This document shows, in pieces, positions 1-10,668 of a stretch of 64,000 nucleotides of DNA. Numbering within the stretch: position 1 is the stretch's first letter; every line of letters begins with the position of its first letter. The DNA is taken from contig CBFFSA010000001.1 in NCBI GenBank assembly GCA_965644495.1, forward strand, positions 2,604,001 to 2,668,000. The letters run 5' to 3'. Under the pieces are notes generated by a model that saw nothing but the letters and a program-made list of their open reading frames with translations, was not told the origin of the DNA and did no database searches. Source of the DNA: Perkinsela sp. CCAP 1560/9. Taxonomy: Eukaryota > Protista > Euglenozoa: Kinetoplastea. The translations under genes were made by a program, and so were the position numbers.

Positions 1-2
1 AA

Positions 3-1418
3 TTTTTAGCGTCCCGTATCGGAAATCTACGGTACGTTGGTCTGGAAGCCTTGGCGCGCATTGCAAAAATTGATCTCTTGTATGCGGTACAAAATCAAGA
101 ATTGATACTTGAATGCTTGGAAGATTCCGACGTAATGCTACGCAAAAAAAGTTTTACTCTTTTATGCTCGATGGCTAATCCGAAAAATGTTGATTTCATC
201 GTTCGGCGTTTGGTGCGATACCTTCGATATTTGAAGGATGTGCATCAACGTTCCGACCTTGTACGCCAAATTCTTTGCATATTAGATGACTACTGCACCT
301 CGCAACCCGAATGGTATATTACTCAAGTAGGTGAGCTATGTCAGCTAGCATCAGAGTCATTACCAGAATCTTTCGTATCTTCCCTTCTCTGCAAATTTAC
401 TGAACGATTGATTCCACTTTCTGAAAGTCTTTCCTCGAGCGTCATACAAATAAGTAACCGACTTCTGAGTGCGGAACAGACTTTCAGCGATCAGGTATAT
501 GCCATGTGCACATGGTTCATCGGAGAATTTGGTCATTATTCCCCCTCTTTTAGCCCACAAACCGTGCTGGACTCTCTTTCAGAAATCGTAGACAATTCGG
601 TTATTGGGTACGATGCCAAACAATGTGCCCTCACGGCCGCACTGAAACTCTTTTTTAGGGTACCCCATCTTGAAATGGACTCAATACATCACGTGATCCT
701 TGAAAACATGAGTTACTTTTGCATAGAGCTTCAGCAACAGTGTTATGAACTTATACAGCTGTTGAAGGAGGAAAGCAGTTCGTTTACTTTAACTACTTCG
801 GAAAGTGATGAGGCAAATTTACCCTTTCTGGATGGCTTCGTACAAAATGCCGCGAAACACGGATCTGCCCCATACGACCCGGATGGCCTTTTCACACTTA
901 AATCACATCACCAAGAGCATTCTGGGCATGACAATGAAGCCTTCAAGCTCTTACTAAAACATCGCAATCCGTCGAGTGAGGAATCGCTTCCGCTACCAGA
1001 TTCAGAGGAGGACATATTGCATTTACCCTCGAAACACAGGAAATGGGGAAAGCATGAAGGAGAGTCTTCGCATCAACTGCGCTCTCCTTCGGTAGACGAC
1101 GTCGCCATAGATGAAGAAATAGCTAGTATGAAAACTATTTCTATGGCGGAATATTCGAAAAATTCTTTTTATGTTACACAGCAGAAAGGTGCTGATAGAG
1201 AAAAGGTACGTAGCAGCCGCCGAGAGAAACTTGCCAAAGAGTTATTCGCAGGCACCAGTGAAACTAGCCTCGTGGAATCCAACGATACGAAAATTTCCAC
1301 AGTAAAACGAAATACCACCGAAAAAAAGCTGTATAGATCTACAGACTCTTCCACTTCAAAGAATAAGAATTCGAACTCTAGTAGTCGCAACACCCTGGAT
1401 GACTTGTTTGGTACTTAG
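3..1418 (+). CDS. AP4E1: AP-4 adaptor complex epsilon subunit, 5'-partial (continues upstream of the window)
   Basis: Frame is open from nt 3 (FLASRIGNLRYVGLEAL). Adaptin-N motifs LECLEDSDVMLRKKSFTLL..MANPKNV..IV, and AP-4 epsilon-like LPFLDGFVQNAAKHGSAPY followed by a disordered hinge. Confidence 0.8.
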   Translation, partial: FLASRIGNLRYVGLEALARIAKIDLLYAVQNQELILECLEDSDVMLRKKSFTLLCSMANPKNVDFIVRRLVRYLRYLKDVHQRSDLVRQILCILDDYCTSQPEWYITQVGELCQLASESLPESFVSSLLCKFTERLIPLSESLSSSVIQISNRLLSAEQTFSDQVYAMCTWFIGEFGHYSPSFSPQTVLDSLSEIVDNSVIGYDAKQCALTAALKLFFRVPHLEMDSIHHVILENMSYFCIELQQQCYELIQLLKEESSSFTLTTSESDEANLPFLDGFVQNAAKHGSAPYDPDGLFTLKSHHQEHSGHDNEAFKLLLKHRNPSSEESLPLPDSEEDILHLPSKHRKWGKHEGESSHQLRSPSVDDVAIDEEIASMKTISMAEYSKNSFYVTQQKGADREKVRSSRREKLAKELFAGTSETSLVESNDTKISTVKRNTTEKKLYRSTDSSTSKNKNSNSSSRNTLDDLFGT

Positions 1419-1522
1419 CTTCGCACATTGAGCTTGATGGACAGCGTTGTTTACGAGTCATGGCACACGTTGGCAGAAGTCGGGAGTTTGTATGTTATTG
1501 CATTGTAAGGGAATAATAATCA

Positions 1523-2461
1523 TACTGTTATCCCCCCTTACTTCACGACAAGCCCACTGGGTCCCAGTGGTTGAGCAAGATGCGTCAATTTTTTTCCTCC
1601 TACCTACGTCCTAGGGAACATGATTCGATGGCTATGCCACCCATGCTAAAGTGGACGAGGGAGATACCAATAGACTATTGCTATTATAGTACAGGTGCGG
1701 TAGTTTCCCACAGGAAAAAGATATCTCCCTTATGGAATGAGTGCATACAGACGCATACAAAGGTGGGATGCCATTTTTCCTGTGGAAACTGCCGCACTTG
1801 TACTATTGATATTGATCTCCCTCATTCACTTGGAATCACCCTTGGAATCTGTTTGTATCTTCTCCACCAATTATACCATCGAACGTTGAATCATTCGAGG
1901 GGCTTCGGGTGTGATCTTATGCGATCTCGAATGGCCTCACTTGATCTTGGCTGATCCCATTTTTCCCCTCGTTGGACACTATGAAGATTTGGATGGTAGC
2001 GTATGGCACTGGATCTCACTGGATGCCTAATTTCATATGTAAACCACATTTCCAGTTAACATGCCTATACCTTGGACAACATACCGAGGGGTGTGTTATT
2101 CTGGCCCGCAGCACTTAACGTACCCCCCCCCCTCCTCGTCTATGACTTTTTTTGTGTCTTCAGTATGAAACCCCTGTTGTCACTGCTAACGAATTTATGA
2201 TTCGTATTTATGATTCCTTAGGATAGTCTTTACTTTTTCATGCCTTGGGTACTCTCTCGATTCCCATACCTCTGTTTTGCATGGCGCTGGATGGCAGTGG
2301 ACAACTGCATAGTGTCCATTCGCAGCCCCTCACTTTTCCCTCACTCAAACTTACCCCCCCCCTTACTTAGTCATCTCCCCTACTTCACCACTCCCCTTGC
2401 TTCACCACAAAATATGGATTTTGGGATAAAAAATGGGGGTTAAGCAATCGGGGTAACGGTA
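1523..2461. mobile_element. Putative non-autonomous pogo/Tc1-like element (TACYGT termini)
   Basis: Imperfect inverted ends tactgttatccc (1523) and ggggtaacggta (ends 2461). Internal direct motifs ccccttactt near both ends. Same design as the elements at 11632 and 21771. Confidence 0.35.
1645..1833. mobile_element. MITE, degenerate copy of the family at 22799-22982
   Basis: Starts gctaaagtggacgagggagatac, identical to 22801. Ends atctccctcattcacttgg. Internally palindromic (agtacaggtgcggtagtttcccacaggaaaaa / tttttcctgtggaaactgccgcacttgtact). Confidence 0.65.
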
Positions 2462-2586
2462 CTGCGTTGCGGAACCTGTATGAAGAATGCATTAATCAGT
2501 GTATGTCTTCTGGAGAATTGGTTCCTCAAGCGTTAAATTTCTGTAGAAATTGTCTACTTTCTTCTTTTTTAACTTAAGAATCAATC

Positions 2587-3231
2587 ATGAACATTGGCGC
2601 CTCTGGTCCGTCCTCCCCGACGCTGAGTAAAAACTGGGCTGATCATATCTTGGAAGACTCACACGAAACACCAACTCGGGTCTCAGTCCCGGTCTTCCCG
2701 AAGTGGAGCCGAAGAGCCAAGCAAGCGCTCGAGAGTACTACCCCTGGAAATACTCCAGCGGCAAAGTTGAGCTCGCAAGAAGGTGCTTCTTACGGTGCGA
2801 GCTCCCCTTCCATAAGTTATACCCCTAGAAGTGCTGCGAATCCAAATAAGATTGCTCAACAGCGCGTTGCGCTATCACCGCTTCCGATAAACGCTAGTGT
2901 TTTTGCTAGTTCTGGTGCAATCTCACAAGGTGCTGCAACTTTTTCTCCTGAGTATTTTTCCACCTCCAAAATTGTAGAGCAACTTAGAAAAATAGTGGGA
3001 GCACATTTTCAAGGTATATCGCTTCCCGAGCTGGAAGCCAGAACACAGTGGTCATCCCACTATGCTTCCTTCTGCAATGGTTTGAGTCTACTCGAGTTTC
3101 TACAACTCAATGAAAAAGAATTTAACATCGACCTGCGAAGTTTCGTCGTGCGCATTCGCGAATCTACGGAGGATACTCTATTATCTTCGTTGTTAAGTGT
3201 GCCAGCCTTTCACATTCCTCTCGATGCATAA
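2587..3231 (+). CDS. Hypothetical protein, disordered N-terminus with possible C-terminal OST-HTH/LOTUS-like domain
   Basis: 214-aa ORF preceded by a pyrimidine tract and AG. LRKIV...GISLPEL...Y...LSLLEFL pattern resembles the LOTUS winged helix (inference). Confidence 0.5.
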   Translation: MNIGASGPSSPTLSKNWADHILEDSHETPTRVSVPVFPKWSRRAKQALESTTPGNTPAAKLSSQEGASYGASSPSISYTPRSAANPNKIAQQRVALSPLPINASVFASSGAISQGAATFSPEYFSTSKIVEQLRKIVGAHFQGISLPELEARTQWSSHYASFCNGLSLLEFLQLNEKEFNIDLRSFVVRIRESTEDTLLSSLLSVPAFHIPLDA

Positions 3232-3740
3232 TGCTGCTTCGTTTTATCATAGTAGATGCGAAAAAAAGTAAATGCGCTTTCGTGCAGAGAAACTGATGTG
3301 TGTACTTGTAGCAAGTGCGACATGCGAGTTCAATGACGGGATAGCAATTTAGAATTTGTAGCTATAAAAATTTCGGCATGCAAAACATTATTCTGTGAAT
3401 ATTTGGAAAAATAGCGTTATTTGGCTCTTACAATCTTGTTTCTTGCATTAAAAAGTTAGGCTCCTGTAGATATTTTGAAACCAAAATGGGGAAAAAAACA
3501 TTTTGAAACCAAAGTAGTTGCGTTTTAGGCAATGTGCCGTAAAATTGGCCTCAGATTTTCAATGAAGCGGGATTTCTATTTTGGGAAATGGTCATCGTAC
3601 ATAACCTGCATCTCATTCATACACCTTTCTTCATAGGAACATGAATTTTAGTTTCAACTAAATGACACTATCTCGGCGGCATTGCCGTTTCTGAAAAAAA
3701 TATCTGAAACGACTCAACTTCACCTACACACGCCTACACC

Positions 3741-6101
3741 ATGTCCTCATCTACTGCGCCGCCTCGACGTTTCGAGCGTCGCGACCCACCCCCCGGTCGC
3801 CCACCCCCCCGCCCCACCGACGACCACCACTCCTCCCTCGGCCCCAACACCGCCGCCAACAAGGAACTCCTCCGTGACTTCTTCCTCACCACCCGTGGGC
3901 CACCCCCCCTCGACCTCCCACCCCCCGACACCAGCTCCCCCCCGTACTACCCCCCCCTCCTCCACGCCATCGCCTCCCGTCAACGCTCCACCCTCCCCTT
4001 CTCCCTCCCCACCCTCGCCGCGCACAGCCCCGAATGCCACACCCTCGCCCACCACATGACCACCAACATCCTCTCCGCACTCGAGGACGTCACGGAGGTC
4101 GTGGACTCACTTCTCCCCTCTTCTTCTTCCACGACTCCTTCCACTCCCCCCCCTCCCCCCGCCGACCTCCTCGACCACCTCTCCCTTGAGTTCGGCGACC
4201 AGCTCCCCAGGGCTCTTACCCGTCGCTTCCGTCTCGAGCTCACCCCCCTTCCCCCTTCAACTCCCCCCCTTCACCACTCCCCCTTCACCCCCCTGCGCCA
4301 CATGAAGGCCACGCTCACCGGCGCCCTCCTCCAGCTCCGCGGCACCGTCACCAGCGCCTCCCCGGTGCGCCCCGTGCTGCGCGTGCTCACCGCGCTGTGC
4401 GAGCTGTGCTCCGCGGTGACCTTCGTGGAGGTCCCCGGGGACACGTTCACGATGCCCACCAAGTGCGGGAGTGGGCGCTGCCGCGGGTCCGGGCCCGGGG
4501 GGGGCGGGATGCTGCGACCGCAGTACCAGGCGTCCCGGATGACGAGCTACCAGGAGCTGCGGCTGCAGGAGCTGCGGGGGGACGTGCCGCGGGGGACACT
4601 GCCGCGGACGGTGAAGGTGGTGTGTGAGGGGGAGCTGTGCTGTGGGGTGGCGTCGCCGGGGGGGACGGTGGTGGTGCTGGGGGCGCTGGTGCCGGATTTG
4701 TCGTACAGTGTGTCGAGGCGGTTCAGGGGGGATTGTCAGGTGACGCTGGTGGTGCAGGCGTTGAGGTGTACGCCGATGAGGAGGGATTACGCGGAGGGGC
4801 TGCCGTCGGGGGAGGTTACGGCGGCGTTGCAAGGGGTGCGGGGGGAGGAGGATGCGACGAGGATGCGGAAGGCGGTGAATAGTATTGCGCCGGAGATTTT
4901 TGGGCTCTCGGAGGTGAAGAAGGTGGTGTTGTGTCTGCTCGCGGGCGGGGACTCGGTGCACACGAAGGACGGGATGATTATTCGTGGGGATATTAATGCC
5001 TTGCTTACGGGAGACCCTGGGGTGGCGAAGTCGCAAATCCTAAAGTGGGTCTCGGGCGTCGCCACCCGGGGCGTGTTCACCTCCGGAATGGGAAGCTCTG
5101 GGGTAGGGCTCACCGCCGCCGTGGTCAGCGACCCCATCACCGGGGAAAACATGCTCGAGCCCGGTACGCTGATTTTCGCCGACAAAGGAGTGTGTTGTAT
5201 TGACGAGTTCGATAAGATGAACGAAAGCGATCGCACCGCGCTGCACGAGGTGATGGAGCAGCAAACCATTAGTCTCGCAAAGGCGGGGATTATCACCACA
5301 ATGAACTGCCGCACTGCAGTGCTCGCCGCCAGTAACCCACAGTACGGGCGGTGGAACAGCTCCCGCACCCCCATGGAGAACATTAACCTCCCCACCGCAC
5401 TGTTCTCCCGGTTTGACATCGTCTGGGTTATCCGGGATCGTTACAACGAGGAGGACGACAAGAATCTGGCCACCCATGTCGCGCTGGTGCACACCCACCC
5501 CGAGGCTGCGGTGACGCAAGACCGACACGACCCCAACGCCGCCGGCGTGTCCACTCTGGACGAGCCCACGCTAGGCACCGATCGTTGCTACGACCGTCCC
5601 ACGCTGCTCGCGTACCTGGCCGATATCAAGTCCGTCCAACCTCGATTTTCCCCCTCGAGTGTCCAGTTGATTACGGATCTGTACTTGCTGATGCGACGAG
5701 AGGGCAACCACGGGTTCGCGGTGACCACACGTAACCTGCTGGGTATTCTCCGTCTCTCCCGGGCTCTCGCTCGTCTGCGGTACAGCCCCGCGATTGAGGA
5801 TGCGGACATTAAGGAGGCCGCGCGGCTGCTGGAGCTCAGTCGGGTGAGCCTCGTGGAGCAGCCCGAGGTCACCCACCGTGGGGCACTGCAGAAGAGCGAC
5901 GTGTACAACATGATTCGAGACTTCTTCGGGGCCCTCCCCGCCGGGTCCGTGGTGCAGGTCCAAGAGTGCCGAGATGGGTTACGCAGGCAAGGGGTCTCGG
6001 AGGCCATGTTGCGAGAGACGATTGATATGTATACCCTGCTGCGGGTGTGGACGCATGGGGAGAACTACGACGTGCTGCATATGGTAAGTGGACTGAGTTA
6101 A
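3741..6101 (+). CDS. MCM7: DNA replication licensing factor MCM7
   Basis: Zn finger CELC...CGSGRC, Walker A GDPGVAKSQ, GSSGVGLTAAV, Walker B IDEFDKM, HEVMEQQTIS, arginine finger SRFD. N-terminus is divergent and Pro-rich. Confidence 0.92.
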   Translation: MSSSTAPPRRFERRDPPPGRPPPRPTDDHHSSLGPNTAANKELLRDFFLTTRGPPPLDLPPPDTSSPPYYPPLLHAIASRQRSTLPFSLPTLAAHSPECHTLAHHMTTNILSALEDVTEVVDSLLPSSSSTTPSTPPPPPADLLDHLSLEFGDQLPRALTRRFRLELTPLPPSTPPLHHSPFTPLRHMKATLTGALLQLRGTVTSASPVRPVLRVLTALCELCSAVTFVEVPGDTFTMPTKCGSGRCRGSGPGGGGMLRPQYQASRMTSYQELRLQELRGDVPRGTLPRTVKVVCEGELCCGVASPGGTVVVLGALVPDLSYSVSRRFRGDCQVTLVVQALRCTPMRRDYAEGLPSGEVTAALQGVRGEEDATRMRKAVNSIAPEIFGLSEVKKVVLCLLAGGDSVHTKDGMIIRGDINALLTGDPGVAKSQILKWVSGVATRGVFTSGMGSSGVGLTAAVVSDPITGENMLEPGTLIFADKGVCCIDEFDKMNESDRTALHEVMEQQTISLAKAGIITTMNCRTAVLAASNPQYGRWNSSRTPMENINLPTALFSRFDIVWVIRDRYNEEDDKNLATHVALVHTHPEAAVTQDRHDPNAAGVSTLDEPTLGTDRCYDRPTLLAYLADIKSVQPRFSPSSVQLITDLYLLMRREGNHGFAVTTRNLLGILRLSRALARLRYSPAIEDADIKEAARLLELSRVSLVEQPEVTHRGALQKSDVYNMIRDFFGALPAGSVVQVQECRDGLRRQGVSEAMLRETIDMYTLLRVWTHGENYDVLHMVSGLS

Positions 6102-6267
6102 GGGGGTGGGGATGTGGATGAGAAAAAATGATCCTTTTGTGTAGTTTTTTGGATCGTACCGTTTTGGTAGAGTGTTATTGTACAGCGCTTCCTGAAAGTG
6201 TGTACTGTTTTCGCAAGTACACGTATGCTGTCACTCTTGATTAAACATGGTATGGTTGCAAAGGTAA

Positions 6268-6306
6268 GTTCTTGTTTTTGCTGTATTTCATTTCTTTCTG
6301 TTACAG
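6268..6306 (+). promoter_or_regulatory. Polypyrimidine tract + AG, candidate trans-splice acceptor
   Basis: ttcttgtttttgctgtatttcatttctttctgttacAG lies 11 nt before the ATG. Similar tracts precede 2587, 14095 and 18571. Confidence 0.5.
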
Positions 6307-6317
6307 ATATCCCTCCG

Positions 6318-6950
6318 ATGTTGCAAAAGAGTCCTCTCTGCCTCGATGTTTACATGAACCGAGGTGGTTTCCCGCATTTCCTAAAGCGCCATAAGCACCA
6401 CCCGTTCGGTAAAATTTTGTACAACGAAATCTCAAAACCTTATGTACACCGTGACTGCGAGAGGTGGTGGTTGCTGGATGCGACAGGAATGCAAATGCCG
6501 TTTCTCGCAAAGACCGTCTCACACTACGTCCAGGGTCATCACCGGGTCGATTTTGAGCAAGGAAAAATCATGGGAGACCACGTAGTGGTGATCAACTGCA
6601 AGGATGCCGTGATGGTAGGAGAGGAGTGGATCCGTGTGCCGATTCGGTGGGAGACAAAGTATCCCAGTGGTCGGTACTCCGTGCGCTGCGCTGACATGTA
6701 CGATAAGGACCCCTGTATGGTGGTGTGGCACTTCTTGCGTCGTGAGATTGTTGAGCGTGGTTGGAATCGCAAGGAACACTTGATGCAGGGTCATATGGAG
6801 AAAGCTTGGTTGTACACGGACCACATCCACCCCCATATGGATAAAGACCCGCGCCCTGTGCCTTGGAGTGACCACAACCCACATTACTACGCTTGGACCT
6901 CTGAGCGGGCCAGAACAGGGAGGTGGGATCCGAATCCACAAATGCGGTAA
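6318..6950 (+). CDS. MRPL13: Mitochondrial ribosomal protein uL13m (kinetoplastid type); start moved to ATG 6318
   Basis: WWLLDA.G..., G.HR.DF..G...GDHVVVINCKD are L13 motifs. A pyrimidine tract and AG at 6305-6306 precede ATG 6318 (MLQKS..., presequence-like). Confidence 0.85.
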   Translation: MLQKSPLCLDVYMNRGGFPHFLKRHKHHPFGKILYNEISKPYVHRDCERWWLLDATGMQMPFLAKTVSHYVQGHHRVDFEQGKIMGDHVVVINCKDAVMVGEEWIRVPIRWETKYPSGRYSVRCADMYDKDPCMVVWHFLRREIVERGWNRKEHLMQGHMEKAWLYTDHIHPHMDKDPRPVPWSDHNPHYYAWTSERARTGRWDPNPQMR

Positions 6951-7125
6951 CCTAATATGGGGAGGTTGTGTTGAGTTGTAGATGTTGTGTTGAGTTGTAG
7001 ATGTCCCTGTACAATGATATGTACACTACACTGGAGTGACTACAGTGGAGTTGTACAAAAGAATTTTTTGAACATAATGTATTCATTTTCTTTAGAAATA
7101 TTGCAGTTACTTATCCTACATTCAA

Positions 7126-8460
7126 ATGCAAGCCGTTCCACAGTCTCCCATTCACGACAGCACATGGAAAAATGCGCTCCATGGCACCGTAATCGTATGC
7201 GCACTCCAGCTCTTGCGTAGTTTGTGGCAACAACGCAAAGCGTCTCGTCAGCCTACCTCTAGCGCCCTGCAACGACTGAAGAAAGCCAGCCGAGCAAAGG
7301 ACTTCGCAGCCGTCGAGAGTGTCGTGGACGACCTCCTCTCCCTCCTAGAAGACGATTTACAAAACAAAAAAGCCGGATCCAAACTGGAACTCGAACACAA
7401 CTTCCACCACTTAGTCACCCACCTCCTCGCCCACCACAACAGCATCACCGAGGTCTGTCTCCTCAAAGCCCTCCGTCTCATCCGCCAATGCTGCCACGAC
7501 GACCCCCCGTGCAGCGCCGCCTTCGCCCACGCCCACGGCATCCGTCATCTCGTCTCCCTCCTGCAAAACGCCCACGCCCACGCTTCCCTCGCCCCCATGA
7601 CCGAGATCGCCCACACCCTTTTCCAGTGCACCGCTGTCCCTTCTGAGTCCTCTGAGTCCCCTGAGTCTCCCCCCGCCCCCTCCGCGGCCCTCGCACTCCT
7701 CTCCCTCTCCTCTGTGGTCAACTCCATGCTACGCACGCTGGACCCCACTGCCCCCGAGCCCTTCCTGGCCGCCATGGTCGGGGTCTGTGCCAACCTGTGT
7801 GCGCTCCCCCACGGCTGCCGTACCCTCGCAACCGCCGTGGACGACAAGCCCGGGGCGGGGTACTTTATTCCCTTGTTGGCCCACAGTGGCAGTAGTGGGA
7901 GTAGTGGGAGTAGCAGTAACTCGGGTAACGTCGTGGAACGCGCCCTGCTGGTGTTACACCGTATGGCGACCCACGCGCTGCCGGATTGCGTGGCTGTGCT
8001 GCGGGGGCCGGAGAGTGTCCACGCGCTGGTGGAGCTGCTGGAGGTGCGTCGGGGGGGGAGCATCGCGGGGATCGCGCTGCAGGTGGTGGGGGTGATGGTG
8101 CAGGAGACCGGGAGGGAGGACCGGGAGGGGTTTCTGCGGGAGTTTGTGTTGCAGGATGGGATTGATGGGTTGTACACGTTGTGGTGTTCCGGGACGGATC
8201 GGGGGTGTAGGGACCGGGCGGAGGGGTTGGTGCAGGTACTGGATCGGGATGCGGTGTGGGGAGGGACGGTGCAGAAGTTAAGGGAGGTGTATGGGTCGAT
8301 GATTGCACGTCGTCGAGAGGCGGACCAAAAGGAGCAGAAGCAACGGATGCAGAGTATGCAGCAACAGCGTATGTTTCAGCAGATGATGATGGAGCAGATG
8401 GGAATGGGTGAGGGGATGGGAGGAGGGATGGATGAGATGATGGGCGAGGAAGAGATGTAG
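7126..8460 (+). CDS. Armadillo/HEAT-repeat protein, possible N-terminal membrane anchor, Q/M/G-rich tail
   Basis: 444-aa helical ORF with ARM-like units (GIRHLVSLL, VCANLC, VHALVELL, GIDGLYTL). Confidence 0.6.
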   Translation: MQAVPQSPIHDSTWKNALHGTVIVCALQLLRSLWQQRKASRQPTSSALQRLKKASRAKDFAAVESVVDDLLSLLEDDLQNKKAGSKLELEHNFHHLVTHLLAHHNSITEVCLLKALRLIRQCCHDDPPCSAAFAHAHGIRHLVSLLQNAHAHASLAPMTEIAHTLFQCTAVPSESSESPESPPAPSAALALLSLSSVVNSMLRTLDPTAPEPFLAAMVGVCANLCALPHGCRTLATAVDDKPGAGYFIPLLAHSGSSGSSGSSSNSGNVVERALLVLHRMATHALPDCVAVLRGPESVHALVELLEVRRGGSIAGIALQVVGVMVQETGREDREGFLREFVLQDGIDGLYTLWCSGTDRGCRDRAEGLVQVLDRDAVWGGTVQKLREVYGSMIARRREADQKEQKQRMQSMQQQRMFQQMMMEQMGMGEGMGGGMDEMMGEEEM

Positions 8461-8793
8461 CGGTTCATGAGTCTATGGACCTTGCGTAGAACTTGTCAAC
8501 GAACGGGGGGGGATACATTGTTACGTTTATGGATTAGCTGAATGTGACGAACTACTAATGCTTTACAAAATTTAGTACGTACATTACGTGCGTCTAAAAA
8601 TTGTATAAATATGGATTATCTCGGCTTTCAAGAAGATAACCAGCACGAAAATGGAAAGCAACGAATGTTTTATCCGATAGTCGACCTTTTTTTGTGATAG
8701 TACGTTTCAAATGAAATACTTTTACGAAGGCTCTGTATAACATAATGTTGGATTTAGAAAACCAATTCTTTTATCAATGCTATTGATCCAAAA

Positions 8794-10035
8794 ATGAACT
8801 CGTTGAGGGAAGACATTGACACGGAGGCGCTTCTGAACTGGTTTACATTTTCACGTGCCACGGGATCTTTGCCCCACTTCTGGAGTTTACTTCGCACTCC
8901 TCGTTATGACCCATTTTTCTTTACCTTGCTACCTCCCAAGTTGAAAGCAACGCTTCGTATCCTGTGCCGTGTTCTACCCTATGAGTGTTTTGATCTTGTC
9001 AAAGATTGGGTAACGATCGTTGGAAACACGGATTCAGTAAGCGAAAAAGCATTGGAGGGGACGAAAGGTTTCTCTGTAAGCCCGAATGATTCGACCCGTT
9101 TGTTTGCACGAGTCAGACCACGCGGTATAGCTACAAACGCGTCTGCAATGACTACGGAGGACTTGCTATACTGCTTCCAAAGATACGGATTTATCTCAGC
9201 CGAGCACATCGCGGGAAATGATTACTACATTGAACTCGATTCCAGCGAGCAAGTAACAGCGGCTGTGAGTGACAGACAACCACATCCCTACATACAGTTT
9301 ATGGCCTTTTGTGGTAATGACTTTTCCGCCACAGACTTAAAAGAAGCCCATCTGCTTTTATCCGATCATCAGGATGAACATTCTATGGAAGGTAAAGGTA
9401 CGACAGAAGTTCCATCACTTGTGTTCGATCCCGACCACCCATTACTTCATACAGACGGATTCGTTCCCGATCTTGTAGTGGATAACATTTCACCGTATAT
9501 CACTGACGAACAGCTGACAGAGTACTTTCGGGAGTATGGTACAGTGGAAGAGCTTCGGATGAGTACAAATGACCGCAGTGGTATGCACTATGGTTGTGCT
9601 GTGGTTCAAATGAAAACTGCAGCGGAGGCTTTCGGCGCGGCCGATGGGCTCCATGAGAAACGAATTATGGGTAAACCTATTTTGGTGGGGTACGTAAATC
9701 CTGCATTGGAGTTGTGCAATCTTCGCACGGGAAATCCCTTGCGGATTCGCTCAACCAAACTTGGGAGGGTACCCAAGCACTTTAACGTTGAAAACAACAT
9801 GGAACAGGAAACTGTTTCATGTACGAGATTCCCTCGCGAAGAACCCGTAGTACAAGCCGGTTCGGTCTCAGACACTGCGTGGTATCCACAAGGGAATGAG
9901 CCACCTTCTCGATCCAGTGAGACAGCGGGTACACAACTCCCTCGGGGTATAGTCTGCTATTATTGTCGTGAGCCGGGCCACACAATACACATGTGCCCGG
10001 TGCGTTCTCGGGAGATGGTACAGCAAGGGTGGTAG
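8794..10035 (+). CDS. RNA-binding protein with RRM domain(s) and C-terminal CCHC zinc knuckle
   Basis: LVVDNI..YITDEQL.EYF..YG.V...GCAVVQM (RNP2/RNP1-like) and CYYCREPGHTIHMC. Confidence 0.75.
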   Translation: MNSLREDIDTEALLNWFTFSRATGSLPHFWSLLRTPRYDPFFFTLLPPKLKATLRILCRVLPYECFDLVKDWVTIVGNTDSVSEKALEGTKGFSVSPNDSTRLFARVRPRGIATNASAMTTEDLLYCFQRYGFISAEHIAGNDYYIELDSSEQVTAAVSDRQPHPYIQFMAFCGNDFSATDLKEAHLLLSDHQDEHSMEGKGTTEVPSLVFDPDHPLLHTDGFVPDLVVDNISPYITDEQLTEYFREYGTVEELRMSTNDRSGMHYGCAVVQMKTAAEAFGAADGLHEKRIMGKPILVGYVNPALELCNLRTGNPLRIRSTKLGRVPKHFNVENNMEQETVSCTRFPREEPVVQAGSVSDTAWYPQGNEPPSRSSETAGTQLPRGIVCYYCREPGHTIHMCPVRSREMVQQGW

Positions 10036-10056
10036 CGACATACACCTACGTTATTC

Positions 10057-10260
10057 TACAGGGGGTGTCACGAAAATATGGGGGGGTTAAATTTTTTATA
10101 ACTTGTCCAATTTTAGAAAAGAGCACCGCATTCGAGAGCTCTCGCAGAGATACGTGTCACCTGCTATTGCGTTTCCCGTATTCAGGGGGGTAGGTCCCTA
10201 TTGAAATTAAAAGCGGGTACATGGGGTACGTACTCCGGGTACGTACCCCCATGTACCCGC
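10057..10260. repeat. TA-CAGGGGG-starting MITE-like fragment with perfect-arm hairpin
   Basis: tacagggggtgtcacgaaaatatggggggg also occurs at about 13138. Palindrome gcgggtacatggggtacgtac / gtacgtacccccatgtacccgc at 10213-10260. Confidence 0.5.
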
Positions 10261-10668
10261 CTAGTGGGTCCGTACCCGCTGTACCCGCCAAGGTATGGTA
10301 AGTGACTAAACTGCACCGAATCTATGTTTTCGCAGCCACTAAATCTGGAGACATGCGAATCTCGGTACGCAAAGCCCACAGAATCATCAAATAGCCGCAA
10401 ATAGCTCGCAACTTGTCTCAGAAGCAACCGTCGAAGTAAGTGCCGGAGCCGTTAGTTGGTACCTGATTGTGTTTGCCTAGGATGTCAGTTTACAGGTTCC
10501 AGCGATGGGCTGATTGAACAACTACTGTGGTAGTCTTGCAAGAAGAAAAAGTTATTATAAATAATAATAATAATGAGAATTTGGTAGGCTGTTTGTCTGT
10601 CGATATTTTTCAAAGTATATTCTTATAAAATATACAATACTTATTTATGACATAAAGTACGTGGGCCA

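Noticed and set aside
6264-6306. Perfect-looking 43-nt cis intron (AAG|GTAAGT...TTACAG)
   Set aside because: Splicing it puts neither nearby upstream ATG in frame with uL13m, and no other gene here shows introns. It is better explained as a trans-splice acceptor with a chance donor-like motif.
6965-7002. 19-bp perfect tandem duplication (similar ones near 19218 and 21576)
   Set aside because: Simple local duplications with no poly(A) filler; no evidence of function.
3682-8308. Many overlapping or antisense Pro-rich and Gly-rich ORFs
   Set aside because: Shadows of the C-rich and G-rich tracts in real genes; no recognisable domains.
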